This document shows positions 18,986-28,598 of a stretch of 64,000 nt of DNA, one piece after another. The stretch covers positions 6,067-70,066 of the forward strand of contig JAGWVR010000005.1 of assembly GCA_018970785.1 (NCBI GenBank). Reading direction: 5' to 3'. This DNA is from Planctomycetota bacterium. Lineage in GTDB: Bacteria; Planctomycetota; Planctomycetia; Pirellulales; UBA1268. The position numbers and the translations under genes were made by a program. Position 1 is the stretch's first letter. Every line of letters starts with the position of its first letter. Under the pieces are notes generated by a model that worked only from the letters and a program-made list of their open reading frames with translations, made no database searches and was not told the origin of the DNA.

Positions 18986-20046
18986 GCGCCGCGTCGCCCG
19001 CCGGTGGCACACACGACCCCGGCGGCGAGGGAGGGCAGGGCAGGGAACGGGACCGGACTGGGACGCCGCGGAACTATCTCGCCGGAGCGGAGCGTCATCG
19101 TCTTCTGTGGCGCGTCGGACCTCCGGCACTGGTGCTGTTGCTGGTCTGCGGCTGGATCGAGAAGACCTGGTTGCAGCCGCAGCCAAATCCTCCGCCGGCA
19201 CAGGTGGACACCGTGCTCGCACGGCTCCCGGCCGAACCGGCCGTCGGCGATGCGGTGCGAATCGCAACGGAGGAGGCCAAACCCGGGGGCGACGGGGGCG
19301 CCGGCACGTCTCCACCGACCGACCGGCACCCGCGCGGGGCTTCCGCCGCGGCCCTCGGCCGCGTCCGTGACGACACGTTGTTCCGCTCCGACGACGAACC
19401 GGCCTGGTCGGACCTCTGTGCGTCGCTCGCGGCGTTCCCAGCCTGGCCCCCGGACCGCGGGCTCGTCCGGCCGGTGTCGTATGCGGATCTCCACGGACAG
19501 TCGCGGGCGCTGCGCGGCCAACTCGTCGGATTCCGTGGCATCCTCCGCCGCCTCGTGGCAGTCGAACCGAACCCGGCGCGCGACGGACCCCAGCCGCGCT
19601 GGCAGGGATGGATCGAGCCCGACGGCGGTCCGCCGACACCGATCGTCGTGTACTTCCTCGACGTTCCCGCCGACATGCCCCGAGGGCTGAATACCACCGA
19701 GACGGTCGACGTCAGCGGTTATTTCTTCAAACGCTGGGCGTACCAGGCGACCGATGCCGTCCGGACCGCCCCCCTGGTCCTCTCCCGGTCGCCGCGCTGG
19801 TCGCCGCGCCGCCCGGCCGAGCCGGGGGGGCATCGCTGGGGCGGCTGGGGAATCGGCGCGATCACCGGCCTGATGCTCGTCACCTGGGTGGGCCTCCACC
19901 TTGCGGCGCGCGCTCCCCGCGCACGGCCCCGGGACGCGACGCCGGCATGGGACGGCATCGATGTCCCCGATCGCCACCCGCTCCGCTTCCCGGGAGACGA
20001 TGGTCCGGAGCCTGGCGAGCTCGACGATGGCGGGAGGGAACCGTGA
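18982..20046 (+). CDS. Hypothetical bitopic membrane protein sharing a repeated domain with the downstream gene
   Basis: GTG start overlaps the upstream stop (GTGA). N-terminal TM (PPALVLLLVCGWI) and C-terminal TM (GWGIGAITGLMLVTWVGL). The motif 'PADMPRGLNTTETVDVSGYFFKRWAY' recurs in the next gene. Confidence 0.6.
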   Translation: MSAASPAGGTHDPGGEGGQGRERDRTGTPRNYLAGAERHRLLWRVGPPALVLLLVCGWIEKTWLQPQPNPPPAQVDTVLARLPAEPAVGDAVRIATEEAKPGGDGGAGTSPPTDRHPRGASAAALGRVRDDTLFRSDDEPAWSDLCASLAAFPAWPPDRGLVRPVSYADLHGQSRALRGQLVGFRGILRRLVAVEPNPARDGPQPRWQGWIEPDGGPPTPIVVYFLDVPADMPRGLNTTETVDVSGYFFKRWAYQATDAVRTAPLVLSRSPRWSPRRPAEPGGHRWGGWGIGAITGLMLVTWVGLHLAARAPRARPRDATPAWDGIDVPDRHPLRFPGDDGPEPGELDDGGREP

Positions 20047-21458
20047 TCACTCGCGCCGATCGCGTGCCGCAAAGATCGCTGGCGTTCGTCGTGGCCGCGA
20101 CGGTCGTGGTCGCCTCGGGTATCCCTCGGGCCCGCGGGGCCGACCCCGACACCGCGGTGGATGTCGGCGTCCCCGCGACTTCGACGTTGCCGGGATACCT
20201 CGCCGCGTTCGGCCTCGACCGCCCCGAGCGCTCGCTCCTCGAGGAGCCCCTCGCCTGGGACGACGCGAAGCAGCACCTCGCGGAGCGCGTGCTCGCGCGG
20301 CTCCTCCTGGCGCCCGCCGAACGGGCCGCCGAGTGGGAATCTGCCGCCGCGCCCATCGCACCTGACGGTGCCGATCCGGCATCCCTCGTCGGGGATGTCC
20401 TGCTCCGGGTCGGTGGCCGCGCCCTCCAGGTGGCCTCCGTCGCCGCGGTCGCGACCGACGCCGACGCGCTCCCGTCGGGCGTGCCCGACGCCGTCGTGGT
20501 GCGCGTCCGCGACCCGGCCGGTCGGGTCATCGACGTCCTCACTGCCGGCGCGCCGCGTGGCTGGCCGCGCGGGATGCCGATCGACGAGCCGGTCACGGTC
20601 GCCGGTCTGCCTCTCGTGGCCGGCACCGGACCACCGTCGGCCGCCGCTGCCACGGGCGAGCGTCCCGGCGCGGCCGCCGATCTGTTGCTCGCCGCGCGCC
20701 GCGTCGCCTGGCATCCCCGCACCCCGCTCGGCGCTGCGGGAATGGACTACGGGCTGTTCGACGGCGTCGTCGACGGCCAGGGGCTGACCGCCGCTGAAGG
20801 GGATGCCTTCTACACCCTGCTCGGTGCGACGGTCCGGGCGGCGCTCCCCGCCACGCCCGTCACGCCGCCGATCACCGACCTCATCGACCCGGCACGGAGG
20901 TGGTTCACGCGGCAGCGCGGCGACGTCGTCACCCTGCCCGGTGTCTGCCGTCGGGTGACGCGGATCGAGGTCGACGATCCGCTCCGGCGCCGCCAGGCGG
21001 AACTCGACCACTACTGGGAGCTGTACGTGTTCGTCGACACGCCGCTCCTCCAGGTCCATGGCGAACTCCACGATACCTACCCGGTGGTGTGCTGCGTCCG
21101 CGAGTTGCCACCGGGGATGCCGACGGGGCAGACGGTCAATGAACCGGTCACCGTCACGGGATTCGCGTTCAAACGCTACGCCTATCCGCTGCCGGTGACC
21201 GGCAAGGCGGCGGGGGTGAGTCGCCGGCTCGAGGTCCCGCTGCTGGTCGCTCGCGGCGTGGCATGGCGGCCGGTGGCTGCCGGCGCGCCGGGCGCGGCGC
21301 CGGAGCGGCCCGCGACCCTGCTCCCCCTGCTGCTCGTGCTCCCGCTGCTGGCCGTCGTGGGCTGGTGGCTGTGGAGCCAGCGTCACGGCAGCCGCACCGG
21401 CCCCGGTCGGATCCTCCCCGACCGCGTCCGCCTGCCGGAGGACGAGGCCGGTTCCTGA
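20043..21458 (+). CDS. Hypothetical secreted/anchored protein with two copies of the same repeated domain
   Basis: GTG start overlaps the upstream stop (GTGA). Signal peptide (SLAFVVAATVVVASGIPRARG). Repeats 'PRGMPIDEPVTVAGLPLV' and 'PPGMPTGQTVNEPVTVTGFAFKRYAY'. C-terminal TM (LLPLLLVLPLLAVVGWWLW). Confidence 0.6.
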   Translation: MITRADRVPQRSLAFVVAATVVVASGIPRARGADPDTAVDVGVPATSTLPGYLAAFGLDRPERSLLEEPLAWDDAKQHLAERVLARLLLAPAERAAEWESAAAPIAPDGADPASLVGDVLLRVGGRALQVASVAAVATDADALPSGVPDAVVVRVRDPAGRVIDVLTAGAPRGWPRGMPIDEPVTVAGLPLVAGTGPPSAAAATGERPGAAADLLLAARRVAWHPRTPLGAAGMDYGLFDGVVDGQGLTAAEGDAFYTLLGATVRAALPATPVTPPITDLIDPARRWFTRQRGDVVTLPGVCRRVTRIEVDDPLRRRQAELDHYWELYVFVDTPLLQVHGELHDTYPVVCCVRELPPGMPTGQTVNEPVTVTGFAFKRYAYPLPVTGKAAGVSRRLEVPLLVARGVAWRPVAAGAPGAAPERPATLLPLLLVLPLLAVVGWWLWSQRHGSRTGPGRILPDRVRLPEDEAGS

Positions 21459-22496
<1,038 letters not shown>

Positions 22497-22703
22497 CCCT
22501 CCCTCCGACCGGAGCGCGGGCGGCCGGAGGGTCGCCCGGTCGATTCTCTGCCTTTTCCCCGGTTTGCCCCACCTGCCAGAGCCGTTTCGGCACCGCAGCG
22601 CTGGCGTTGTGGCACGGTGACCGGTTCGGCTAGAAACCCCCGGCCATGAACCGGCGAGGACCTCCACGGGGAGGGACCTCTCCGGAGGGCGGAGGCCACG
22701 GCC

Positions 22704-23414
22704 ATGTCGGCGAACCCAGTCGGGGGTGGGCGGGACGAATCGACTGCCGGAAGCGGCACGTCGCGGCGGCGCTGGCGGCGCGGCTTGTCCCGCGCGGCGG
22801 CGCGGCAGGCCCCGCGCGTGTTCCTTCCCCAGGGCTACGAGCCCGGCTATGCCTACCCGCTGGTCGTCTGGCTACCCGGTGCGCGGCGGTTCGACCTCGG
22901 CAGGGCGATGCAGCGCCTCAGCACGCGGAATTACCTCGCGGTCGAGCCGGCCTTCGCGGCCGACGACGGTGTCGACGCCGTCGAAGAGGCGGTGTTCGAC
23001 GCGATCCACGAGGCGGTCGCGCGGGGCAACGTCCATCCCGATCGCGTATGTCTCGTCGGTCGCGGTACGGGGGGCACCGACGCCTTCCGGATCGCCTGCC
23101 GGCATGCCGAACGCTTCGCGGGAATGGTGTCGCTGGGGGGCGCGTTTCCCCACGCCGAGGCGCTGTTCGCGCGGCTCGCCGCGGTCCGCCGGCTTCCGTT
23201 CCTGCTCTGCTGCCGGCGTGACGCCGAGGCCCGCCTGGTCGCCACCACCGCCACCACGCTCCGCCTCTTCCACGCCGCCGGCGCCCAGCTCTCGATGAGG
23301 ATCTACGAGGAGCCCAACGACCTCGCTCCGGCGATCCTCCGCGACGTCAATCGCTGGCTGATGGAGGGGATCTGCGGTCCCACGGCCGACGTCGGCGCCG
23401 ATTGCCCCGCTTGA
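22704..23414 (+). CDS. Alpha/beta-hydrolase (phospholipase/carboxylesterase-like) fold protein, probably non-catalytic
   Basis: 'YPLVVWLPGA' and 'RVCLVGRGTGGTDAF' resemble esterase strand/elbow segments. The GxSxG nucleophile position reads G-R-G-T-G. Confidence 0.5.
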   Translation: MSANPVGGGRDESTAGSGTSRRRWRRGLSRAAARQAPRVFLPQGYEPGYAYPLVVWLPGARRFDLGRAMQRLSTRNYLAVEPAFAADDGVDAVEEAVFDAIHEAVARGNVHPDRVCLVGRGTGGTDAFRIACRHAERFAGMVSLGGAFPHAEALFARLAAVRRLPFLLCCRRDAEARLVATTATTLRLFHAAGAQLSMRIYEEPNDLAPAILRDVNRWLMEGICGPTADVGADCPA

Positions 23415-23454
23415 GCGGCGCCGGTCCTGCCCCCTTCCTCCGCGGAGCGCTGCG

Positions 23455-23928
23455 ATGACCGAAACCCCCCGCGTTCCCGAGCGACCCTCGATCCTTCCCT
23501 GGCGTGCCGATCGCGCACCCGGTGCGACCTGGATCCCGGTTCACGCCGTCGTCGCTGCCGCCGTCGGTGCGGTCCCTGCCGACGTGTCGATCGACGTGTC
23601 GCGCGACCACGTGCTCCACGCCGATCCCGCCGTGCTTTCCGACCTCCTCGCCGACCTCGTCGCGCGGGCGCGGCGTGCCAATCACGCCGCCACCGGACCG
23701 GGGCGGCCCGAAGTGGTGGTGACCAGCGTGCTGCTCGCCGACGCGATCGAGGTCGAGGTCGCCGACTCCGGCCCCGCCCTGTCCATGGTCGAGCGCGCCT
23801 GGCTCGATCGCCAGAACGCCCGCGCCGCGCGGCTCGGCGGCACCCTCGAGGTGCGCGCCTGCCCCGAGGGGGGCACCGCGCTGACCCTCCGCCTCCCCCG
23901 CCGTCTCACCGAGCGCCGCGCGGCCTGA
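23455..23928 (+). CDS. Stand-alone HATPase_c-like protein (RsbW/SpoIIAB-size anti-sigma-type kinase candidate)
   Basis: 157 aa. N-box-like 'LLADLVARARRAN', G1-like 'EVADSGPAL' and G2-like 'LGGTLEVRACPEGGTALTLRLP'. No DHp/His phosphotransfer domain. Confidence 0.55.
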   Translation: MTETPRVPERPSILPWRADRAPGATWIPVHAVVAAAVGAVPADVSIDVSRDHVLHADPAVLSDLLADLVARARRANHAATGPGRPEVVVTSVLLADAIEVEVADSGPALSMVERAWLDRQNARAARLGGTLEVRACPEGGTALTLRLPRRLTERRAA

Positions 23929-23973
23929 CGGCCCGGCGCCGCTCCCCTCTCCCCCCGTTCGCGAAACGTCGAC

Positions 23974-25377
23974 ATGGATCTGGATTCCCGGCTCACCGCG
24001 TCCGTGCGCCCTCCGCGCGTCGCCCCCGTGCAGGCGATGGCCCTGGGCCTGGTGGTTCTCGCCTGCGCCGCGGCCGCCTGGACGCTCCGCGTCCGCCCCG
24101 CCCGTGAGGAGACCGAACTCCTCCCCGGGTCGGTCCTCCCGCAGTCCGAACTGGCGATCATGGAAGCGGCCTTCGACCGCGCCCAACTCACCGACCACCG
24201 CAGCGAAGGAGGACGGGTGTACGTGCCCCGTGCACGGCACAGCGCCTACATGCGGGCCCTGGTCGATGCCGAGGCGCTGCCGCGCGAGTTCGGCGCCAGC
24301 CTCCGCCGCGCGTTGGCGGCCAACGGACCGTGGACGAGCGCGGCGCTCCGTGCCGATTCGCTCCGCGTCGCGGTCCAGGACGAGTTGTCGCTCGTGCTCT
24401 GCTCGATGCCGGGGATCGAGCGTGCCGCGGTCCTCTACGACGACGCCCCTCGCGCGGGGCTCGCCGGCGGCGTGGAACGCACCGCGAGCGTCAGCATCCG
24501 CACACAGCCCGACACCGATCTCGACCCGGCACGCGTCCAGGCGATCCGCGTCCTCGTCGCGGCGGCGATCGCCGGGTTGTCCGTCGAGCGGGTCGCGGTG
24601 ACCGACCTGCGCAGTGGCCGCGTCTACGCCGGGCCGCTCGACCCGAGCGAGGGCGTCGCCGATCCGGCCCGCGCCGCGCGGCTCGGGCTGGAGCGTGCGA
24701 CCGCCGCCAAGGTCCGCCAGGCGCTGGGCTTCATCCGTGGGGTCGTCGTCGACGTCACGCTCGGCGCCGCCGCCGCTCCGGTCGCCGCGGCTTCCGCTGC
24801 CGGGATCAACTCGCCGGCTGCCGTCGGTGCCACGGTGCCGGCCACCGCTGAGGCCGGGAGCGGCGACTCCGTCCACGTCCTCGTCGCCGTCCCGGACACC
24901 TATCTCGAGTCGGTCGTCACGGCGACCCGCGGCCGTCGCCAGCGCCGCGGGGAAGCCACGTGGACCGAGGAGGATCGGGAGCGGGCCGAACGGGAGGAGA
25001 TCGATCGGCTGACGCACCTCGTGGCCGCGATGCTGCCGGAGGTGGCCGACGCGACCCGGACGAAGATCGCGGTCACCCCGTTCACCTCCGGTCTGGCGAC
25101 ATCCCGGCCGGTGGCGGCCGACGAGCCCGCCGTGGCGCGGTCGGACAGCCCGGTGTCGTGGCCCTGGGGTCGCGCCGGGAGCGAATCGACCGCCGCGCTG
25201 GCCAACCCGACGGTCGCGCTGACCGTGTTCTCACTCGCCGCGCTGGCGCTGGCGGCGGTCCTGTGGCGGGCCGGGAACCGGCGTCCCGTCGTCGATCCCG
25301 CTCCCGCCGCGCTTCCCGAGGGCGTGGCGGTGAAGCTCTCGCCGGAGCCACCGGCGCGGTGGCGGGAGGCGGCCTGA
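23974..25377 (+). CDS. fliF: FliF / YscJ-family MS-ring-like protein
   Basis: N-terminal TM, then 'LPQSELAIMEAAFDRAQL..GGRVYVPRARHSAYMRALVDAEALP' and 'LSLVLCSMPGIERAAVLYDD...ASVSIRT', which match the FliF/YscJ ring-building motifs. C-terminal TM (LTVFSLAALALAAVLW). Directly precedes fliOPQR. Confidence 0.7.
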   Translation: MDLDSRLTASVRPPRVAPVQAMALGLVVLACAAAAWTLRVRPAREETELLPGSVLPQSELAIMEAAFDRAQLTDHRSEGGRVYVPRARHSAYMRALVDAEALPREFGASLRRALAANGPWTSAALRADSLRVAVQDELSLVLCSMPGIERAAVLYDDAPRAGLAGGVERTASVSIRTQPDTDLDPARVQAIRVLVAAAIAGLSVERVAVTDLRSGRVYAGPLDPSEGVADPARAARLGLERATAAKVRQALGFIRGVVVDVTLGAAAAPVAAASAAGINSPAAVGATVPATAEAGSGDSVHVLVAVPDTYLESVVTATRGRRQRRGEATWTEEDRERAEREEIDRLTHLVAAMLPEVADATRTKIAVTPFTSGLATSRPVAADEPAVARSDSPVSWPWGRAGSESTAALANPTVALTVFSLAALALAAVLWRAGNRRPVVDPAPAALPEGVAVKLSPEPPARWREAA

Positions 25378-25934
25378 TGCGATCCCGCCGACGCTGCCTG
25401 AAACACGTGCCGATCGCGATCGCCCTCCTCACGCTGGCGGCAAGCGCGGCGGGCGACGAGGGGCCAGCGCCGGCCGGCGATCCCCTGTCCGCGCCAGGGC
25501 GCCTCGCCCCGGCACCGATCGAGCTGGAGAGCGATGCCGGCGCCGTGCTTCGCGACCGGCCCCGCCCGCGGGCCGAGGTTTCGCCGTGGGGCTGGCAGTT
25601 GGTGGCGTTCCTGGCCGCGTTGGCCGCGGCGGTCGCCGTGCTGCGCGGGCTCACGGTGCCGCGCCACGTGTCGTTCCCCTCCGATGCGGTCTCCCTCCTC
25701 GGAACGCTTCCCCTCGGCGGCCAGCATGCCCTCAGGGTCGTGCGTTTCGGGCGCCGGACGCTGCTGGTCGGCGTCTCGCCGGCGGGTTGCCAGGTGCTCG
25801 CCGAGACGGACGAGCCGCTCACCGCGCCGCTCGCCCGCCCAGCGGACGTCGCACCTCTTCCGCCAGCCCCCCCGGCGGTCCTCGCGGCGCCGGTACCCGC
25901 GCCGTCGGGCAGCGGCGCACGGGGTGCGGCATGA
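25377..25934 (+). CDS. fliO: FliO-like export-gate accessory protein
   Basis: ATG overlaps the fliF stop (ATGA). One TM (WQLVAFLAALAAAVAVL), then 'LGTLPLGGQHALRVVRFGRRTLLVGVSPAGCQVLAE', which matches the FliO C-terminal motif. Lies upstream of fliP. Confidence 0.6.
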   Translation: MRSRRRCLKHVPIAIALLTLAASAAGDEGPAPAGDPLSAPGRLAPAPIELESDAGAVLRDRPRPRAEVSPWGWQLVAFLAALAAAVAVLRGLTVPRHVSFPSDAVSLLGTLPLGGQHALRVVRFGRRTLLVGVSPAGCQVLAETDEPLTAPLARPADVAPLPPAPPAVLAAPVPAPSGSGARGAA

Positions 25935-26779
25935 CCGGCGGGCGCCGCGCGACGGGATGGCGCTGTGCGGTCGCCGTGGCGCTGGCTCTCTGGCCGGTCG
26001 CCGCAGTCCGCGGCGACGGCGCCGGCAGCGACCCGGCCGCGGTCCGGGCGATGCCGATGGACACCGCCGCCGCGCCGACCGATCCGGCGCCGTTGACCCT
26101 GCTGGCGCGGCTGCTCGGCGGCCGGTCGCTCGACGCCTCGGTGTCGGCCGCGGTCGCGCTTGGGGTGATGAGCCTCGCGCCGGCGGTGCTGCTGATGACG
26201 ACGTCGTTCGTGCGGATCTCGATCGTGCTGGCGCTGGTCCGGCAGGGGCTCGGCACCCCGCAACTCCCCTCCAACCAGATCCTCGCCAGCCTTGCGCTGT
26301 TCCTCGCGGCGCTGGTGGTCTGGCCGGTGTGGCGGCAGGCCTGGGACGACGGCGTGGTGCCCTACCAGGAGGGGCGGCTGGAGCTGGCGGCCGCGGTCGA
26401 CCGGGGCAGCCTCCCGGTGCGCCGGTGGATGGCGGGCCAGATCGAGGAGGCGGGCAACCGCGACACGATGCTCCTGTTCCTCGAGCGCCACCCGTCGCAC
26501 GGTGCCGCGGTGCGGACGTACGACGACGTGCCGCTGGAGAGCCTGCTGCCGGCGTACCTCGTCAGCGAGCTCGACGTCGCCTTCCGGATCGGGTTCCGCC
26601 TGCTCGTTCCGTTCCTGGTGATCGACCTGCTGGTCGCGGTGCTCGTGGTGTCGAGCGGGTTGATCACGCTGCCACCGCCGGCGGTGGCATTGCCGTTGAA
26701 GCTGATGGTGTTCGTGATGGCCGACGGCTGGTCGCTGATCGTGCGCACGCTGCTCGACGGGCTCCAGCACGCGGGCTGA
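25931..26779 (+). CDS. fliP: Type III export gate protein FliP/SctR
   Basis: 'MTTSFVRISIVLALVRQGLGTPQLPSNQILASLALFL' and 'LLPAYLVSELDVAFRIGFRLLVPFLVIDLLVA..LPPPAVALPLKLMVFVMADGW' are hallmark FliP motifs. ATGA overlap with fliO. Confidence 0.9.
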   Translation: MTGGRRATGWRCAVAVALALWPVAAVRGDGAGSDPAAVRAMPMDTAAAPTDPAPLTLLARLLGGRSLDASVSAAVALGVMSLAPAVLLMTTSFVRISIVLALVRQGLGTPQLPSNQILASLALFLAALVVWPVWRQAWDDGVVPYQEGRLELAAAVDRGSLPVRRWMAGQIEEAGNRDTMLLFLERHPSHGAAVRTYDDVPLESLLPAYLVSELDVAFRIGFRLLVPFLVIDLLVAVLVVSSGLITLPPPAVALPLKLMVFVMADGWSLIVRTLLDGLQHAG

Positions 26780-26789
26780 GGGAGGGCTG

Positions 26790-27041
26790 ATGGCCGAAAT
26801 CGTCGACCTCGTCCGCGACGCCCTGTGGACGGTGCTGCTGGTCGGCACGCCACTGCTGCTGGTCGGCCTCCTCGTCGCGCTGTGCGTCGGGGTCGTGCAG
26901 ACCGCCACCGGAATCCACGAGCCGCTCCTGGCGCTCGTCCCGCGGCTGGCGGCGATGGCGGCGGTGCTCATGATCACCCTCCCCTGGATGGTCGAACGAC
27001 TCGTCGATCTGGTCCTCCACGCCGCGCGGTCCCCCCACTGA
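26790..27041 (+). CDS. fliQ: Type III export gate protein FliQ/SctS
   Basis: 83-aa two-TM hairpin protein. 'LLLVGLLVALCVGVVQTATGIHEPLLALVPRL' matches the FliQ family pattern. Lies between fliP and fliR. Confidence 0.85.
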   Translation: MAEIVDLVRDALWTVLLVGTPLLLVGLLVALCVGVVQTATGIHEPLLALVPRLAAMAAVLMITLPWMVERLVDLVLHAARSPH

Positions 27042-27056
27042 TCCCCTCCAGGCGGC

Positions 27057-27839
27057 GTGCCGACCATGCCCGTCCCCGTGCCCGATCCCGCGCTGCTGGT
27101 CGTCGTCGGCCCTGCCGCAGGGGCGGCGCTGCGGATCGCCGTCGCCACGGCCGTCACGGCGCGGACCGCATGCCCTGGCGTGCCGGTCCAGGTCGTGACG
27201 TGCCTGGCGCTGGCGCTGGTGCTGGCGGCATCCCCGGCGCTGGCGAAGCTCACCACGGCGACCGGGGATGGCGCGGCGCCGCTGCCGCTGCTGCTGGCCG
27301 GTGAGGCGGCCTGCGGCGCGGTGCTGGGGTTGATCGCCGGCGCGGCCCTGGGAATCGGCGGCTACGCCGGAAGCCTTCTGGCAGGGACCACCGGCCTGTC
27401 GTGGGACGACGACCTTCCCGCCGGCGATCCACAGGCTCCCGGCCTCGCCCGGCTGGCGTGGTGGGTCGGGGCCGCCGCGTTCCTCGCGACCGGCGGTGTC
27501 CGCGGCATGGTGGCCGCGCTGCTCGACAGCCTGCACACGTTTCCGGTCGGCGTGGTGGCCAACGGCCTCGGCACCGGCCCGGTCGCGCTGCTCGAGCGCC
27601 TGCCGGGATTGCTCGTCGAATTGGCACTCGGCCTGGCGGCCCCGGCCCTGGTCGCGGTGGTTGCATTCCACTTCAGCACCGCGATCTGTCTCCGCGCCGT
27701 GCGCCTCGCCCCCGGACCGGGGCTCGTCGCCGGGGTCGTCGGCGCCGCCCTGATCGCCACGCTCCTCGCCGCCGCACCCGCCTGGAGCGGTCAGGCGGCG
27801 GCCGCGGCCGCCGTGTTCCTCGAGCGCGCCACCACCTGA
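27057..27839 (+). CDS. fliR: Type III export gate protein FliR/SctT (divergent)
   Basis: 260-aa polytopic protein in the conserved fliQ-fliR-flhB position. Has a Gly/Ala-rich TM pattern but weak motif identity. GTG-27057 or ATG-27066 start. Confidence 0.65.
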   Translation: MPTMPVPVPDPALLVVVGPAAGAALRIAVATAVTARTACPGVPVQVVTCLALALVLAASPALAKLTTATGDGAAPLPLLLAGEAACGAVLGLIAGAALGIGGYAGSLLAGTTGLSWDDDLPAGDPQAPGLARLAWWVGAAAFLATGGVRGMVAALLDSLHTFPVGVVANGLGTGPVALLERLPGLLVELALGLAAPALVAVVAFHFSTAICLRAVRLAPGPGLVAGVVGAALIATLLAAAPAWSGQAAAAAAVFLERATT

Positions 27840-27860
27840 TCCGGAGCGGCGGAAGTCGCC

Positions 27861-28598
27861 ATGGAAGCCACGAGCACCGACCGGAGCCTGCCCCCGACGC
27901 CGCGGCGCCGTGAAGCCGCGCGCCGGGCCGGGATGATTCCCGGCGCTGCCGCGCCGGCCTGGGGCGCGTCGTGCCTGGTCACGGTCCTGCTGCTGCCGCG
28001 CTGGCTGGAGGGCACGCTCGCCGCCGGAGCCGATCTGCTCCGTGACATCCTGCCCGCCGTGCTCCGCGGCGAGCCGCTGCTGCCGTACGCTGCCGCGGTG
28101 GTCGTGCTCGCCCGGCCGACGATTCTCCTGGCGCTGGCCGCGTCGGCCGCCGGGATCGCCGTCCAGATCGCCTGGGACGGCCTCGTGTGGGAGCCGGCGC
28201 GGGTCTCGTTCCAGGTCGGTCGGCTCGCCCCGTGGGCGCGGCTCGCCCAGATCGCCTCCACCGACACGCTCCGCCAGATGCTGGCGACGACGGTCGTACT
28301 CGTCGCGCTGGCGGGCACGGCGGTGTGGTCACTCCGGGCGCTGCTGGTCGGCCTTGCCGGCGACGGGGCCTCCGCGGCCGGCGGCCTCGAGGCCGCCTGG
28401 CGGGCAGCGGCGGCCGTGACGGTCGCGGCGGCCCTGGCCGCGGTCGTGGGGTTCGTGTTCGCGCGGCGCCGCGCCGAAGCCCGCCTGTGGATGACGCCCG
28501 AGGAGTTTGCCGCCGAGCAGCGGACCCTGGAGGCGGGCAAGCGCGTCCGGTTCCACCTCCGTGGCGGCGGTGCCCCTCATGCCTCCGGCGGACGGTAA
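27861..28598 (+). CDS. flhB: FlhB/SctU transmembrane domain only (C-terminal autocleavage domain absent)
   Basis: N-terminus 'SLPPTPRRREAARRAGMIPG' matches the FlhB 'TE.PTP.R..ARKKGQV' motif. Four TM segments. Ends at aa 245 just after the linker 'WMTPEEFAAEQRTLEAGKRVR'. No NPTH region. The 3' end overlaps the convergent sulfotransferase gene by 22 nt. Confidence 0.7.
   Translation: MEATSTDRSLPPTPRRREAARRAGMIPGAAAPAWGASCLVTVLLLPRWLEGTLAAGADLLRDILPAVLRGEPLLPYAAAVVVLARPTILLALAASAAGIAVQIAWDGLVWEPARVSFQVGRLAPWARLAQIASTDTLRQMLATTVVLVALAGTAVWSLRALLVGLAGDGASAAGGLEAAWRAAAAVTVAAALAAVVGFVFARRRAEARLWMTPEEFAAEQRTLEAGKRVRFHLRGGGAPHASGGR

Noticed and set aside
23974-28598. Interpretation of the cluster as a non-flagellar injectisome (SctJ/R/S/T/U).
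   Set aside because: A FliO-like gene sits upstream of fliP. The ring protein is about 470 aa with two TM segments, which is FliF-like rather than a short SctJ lipoprotein. No secretin, needle or translocon genes are present. The call remains provisional without phylogeny.
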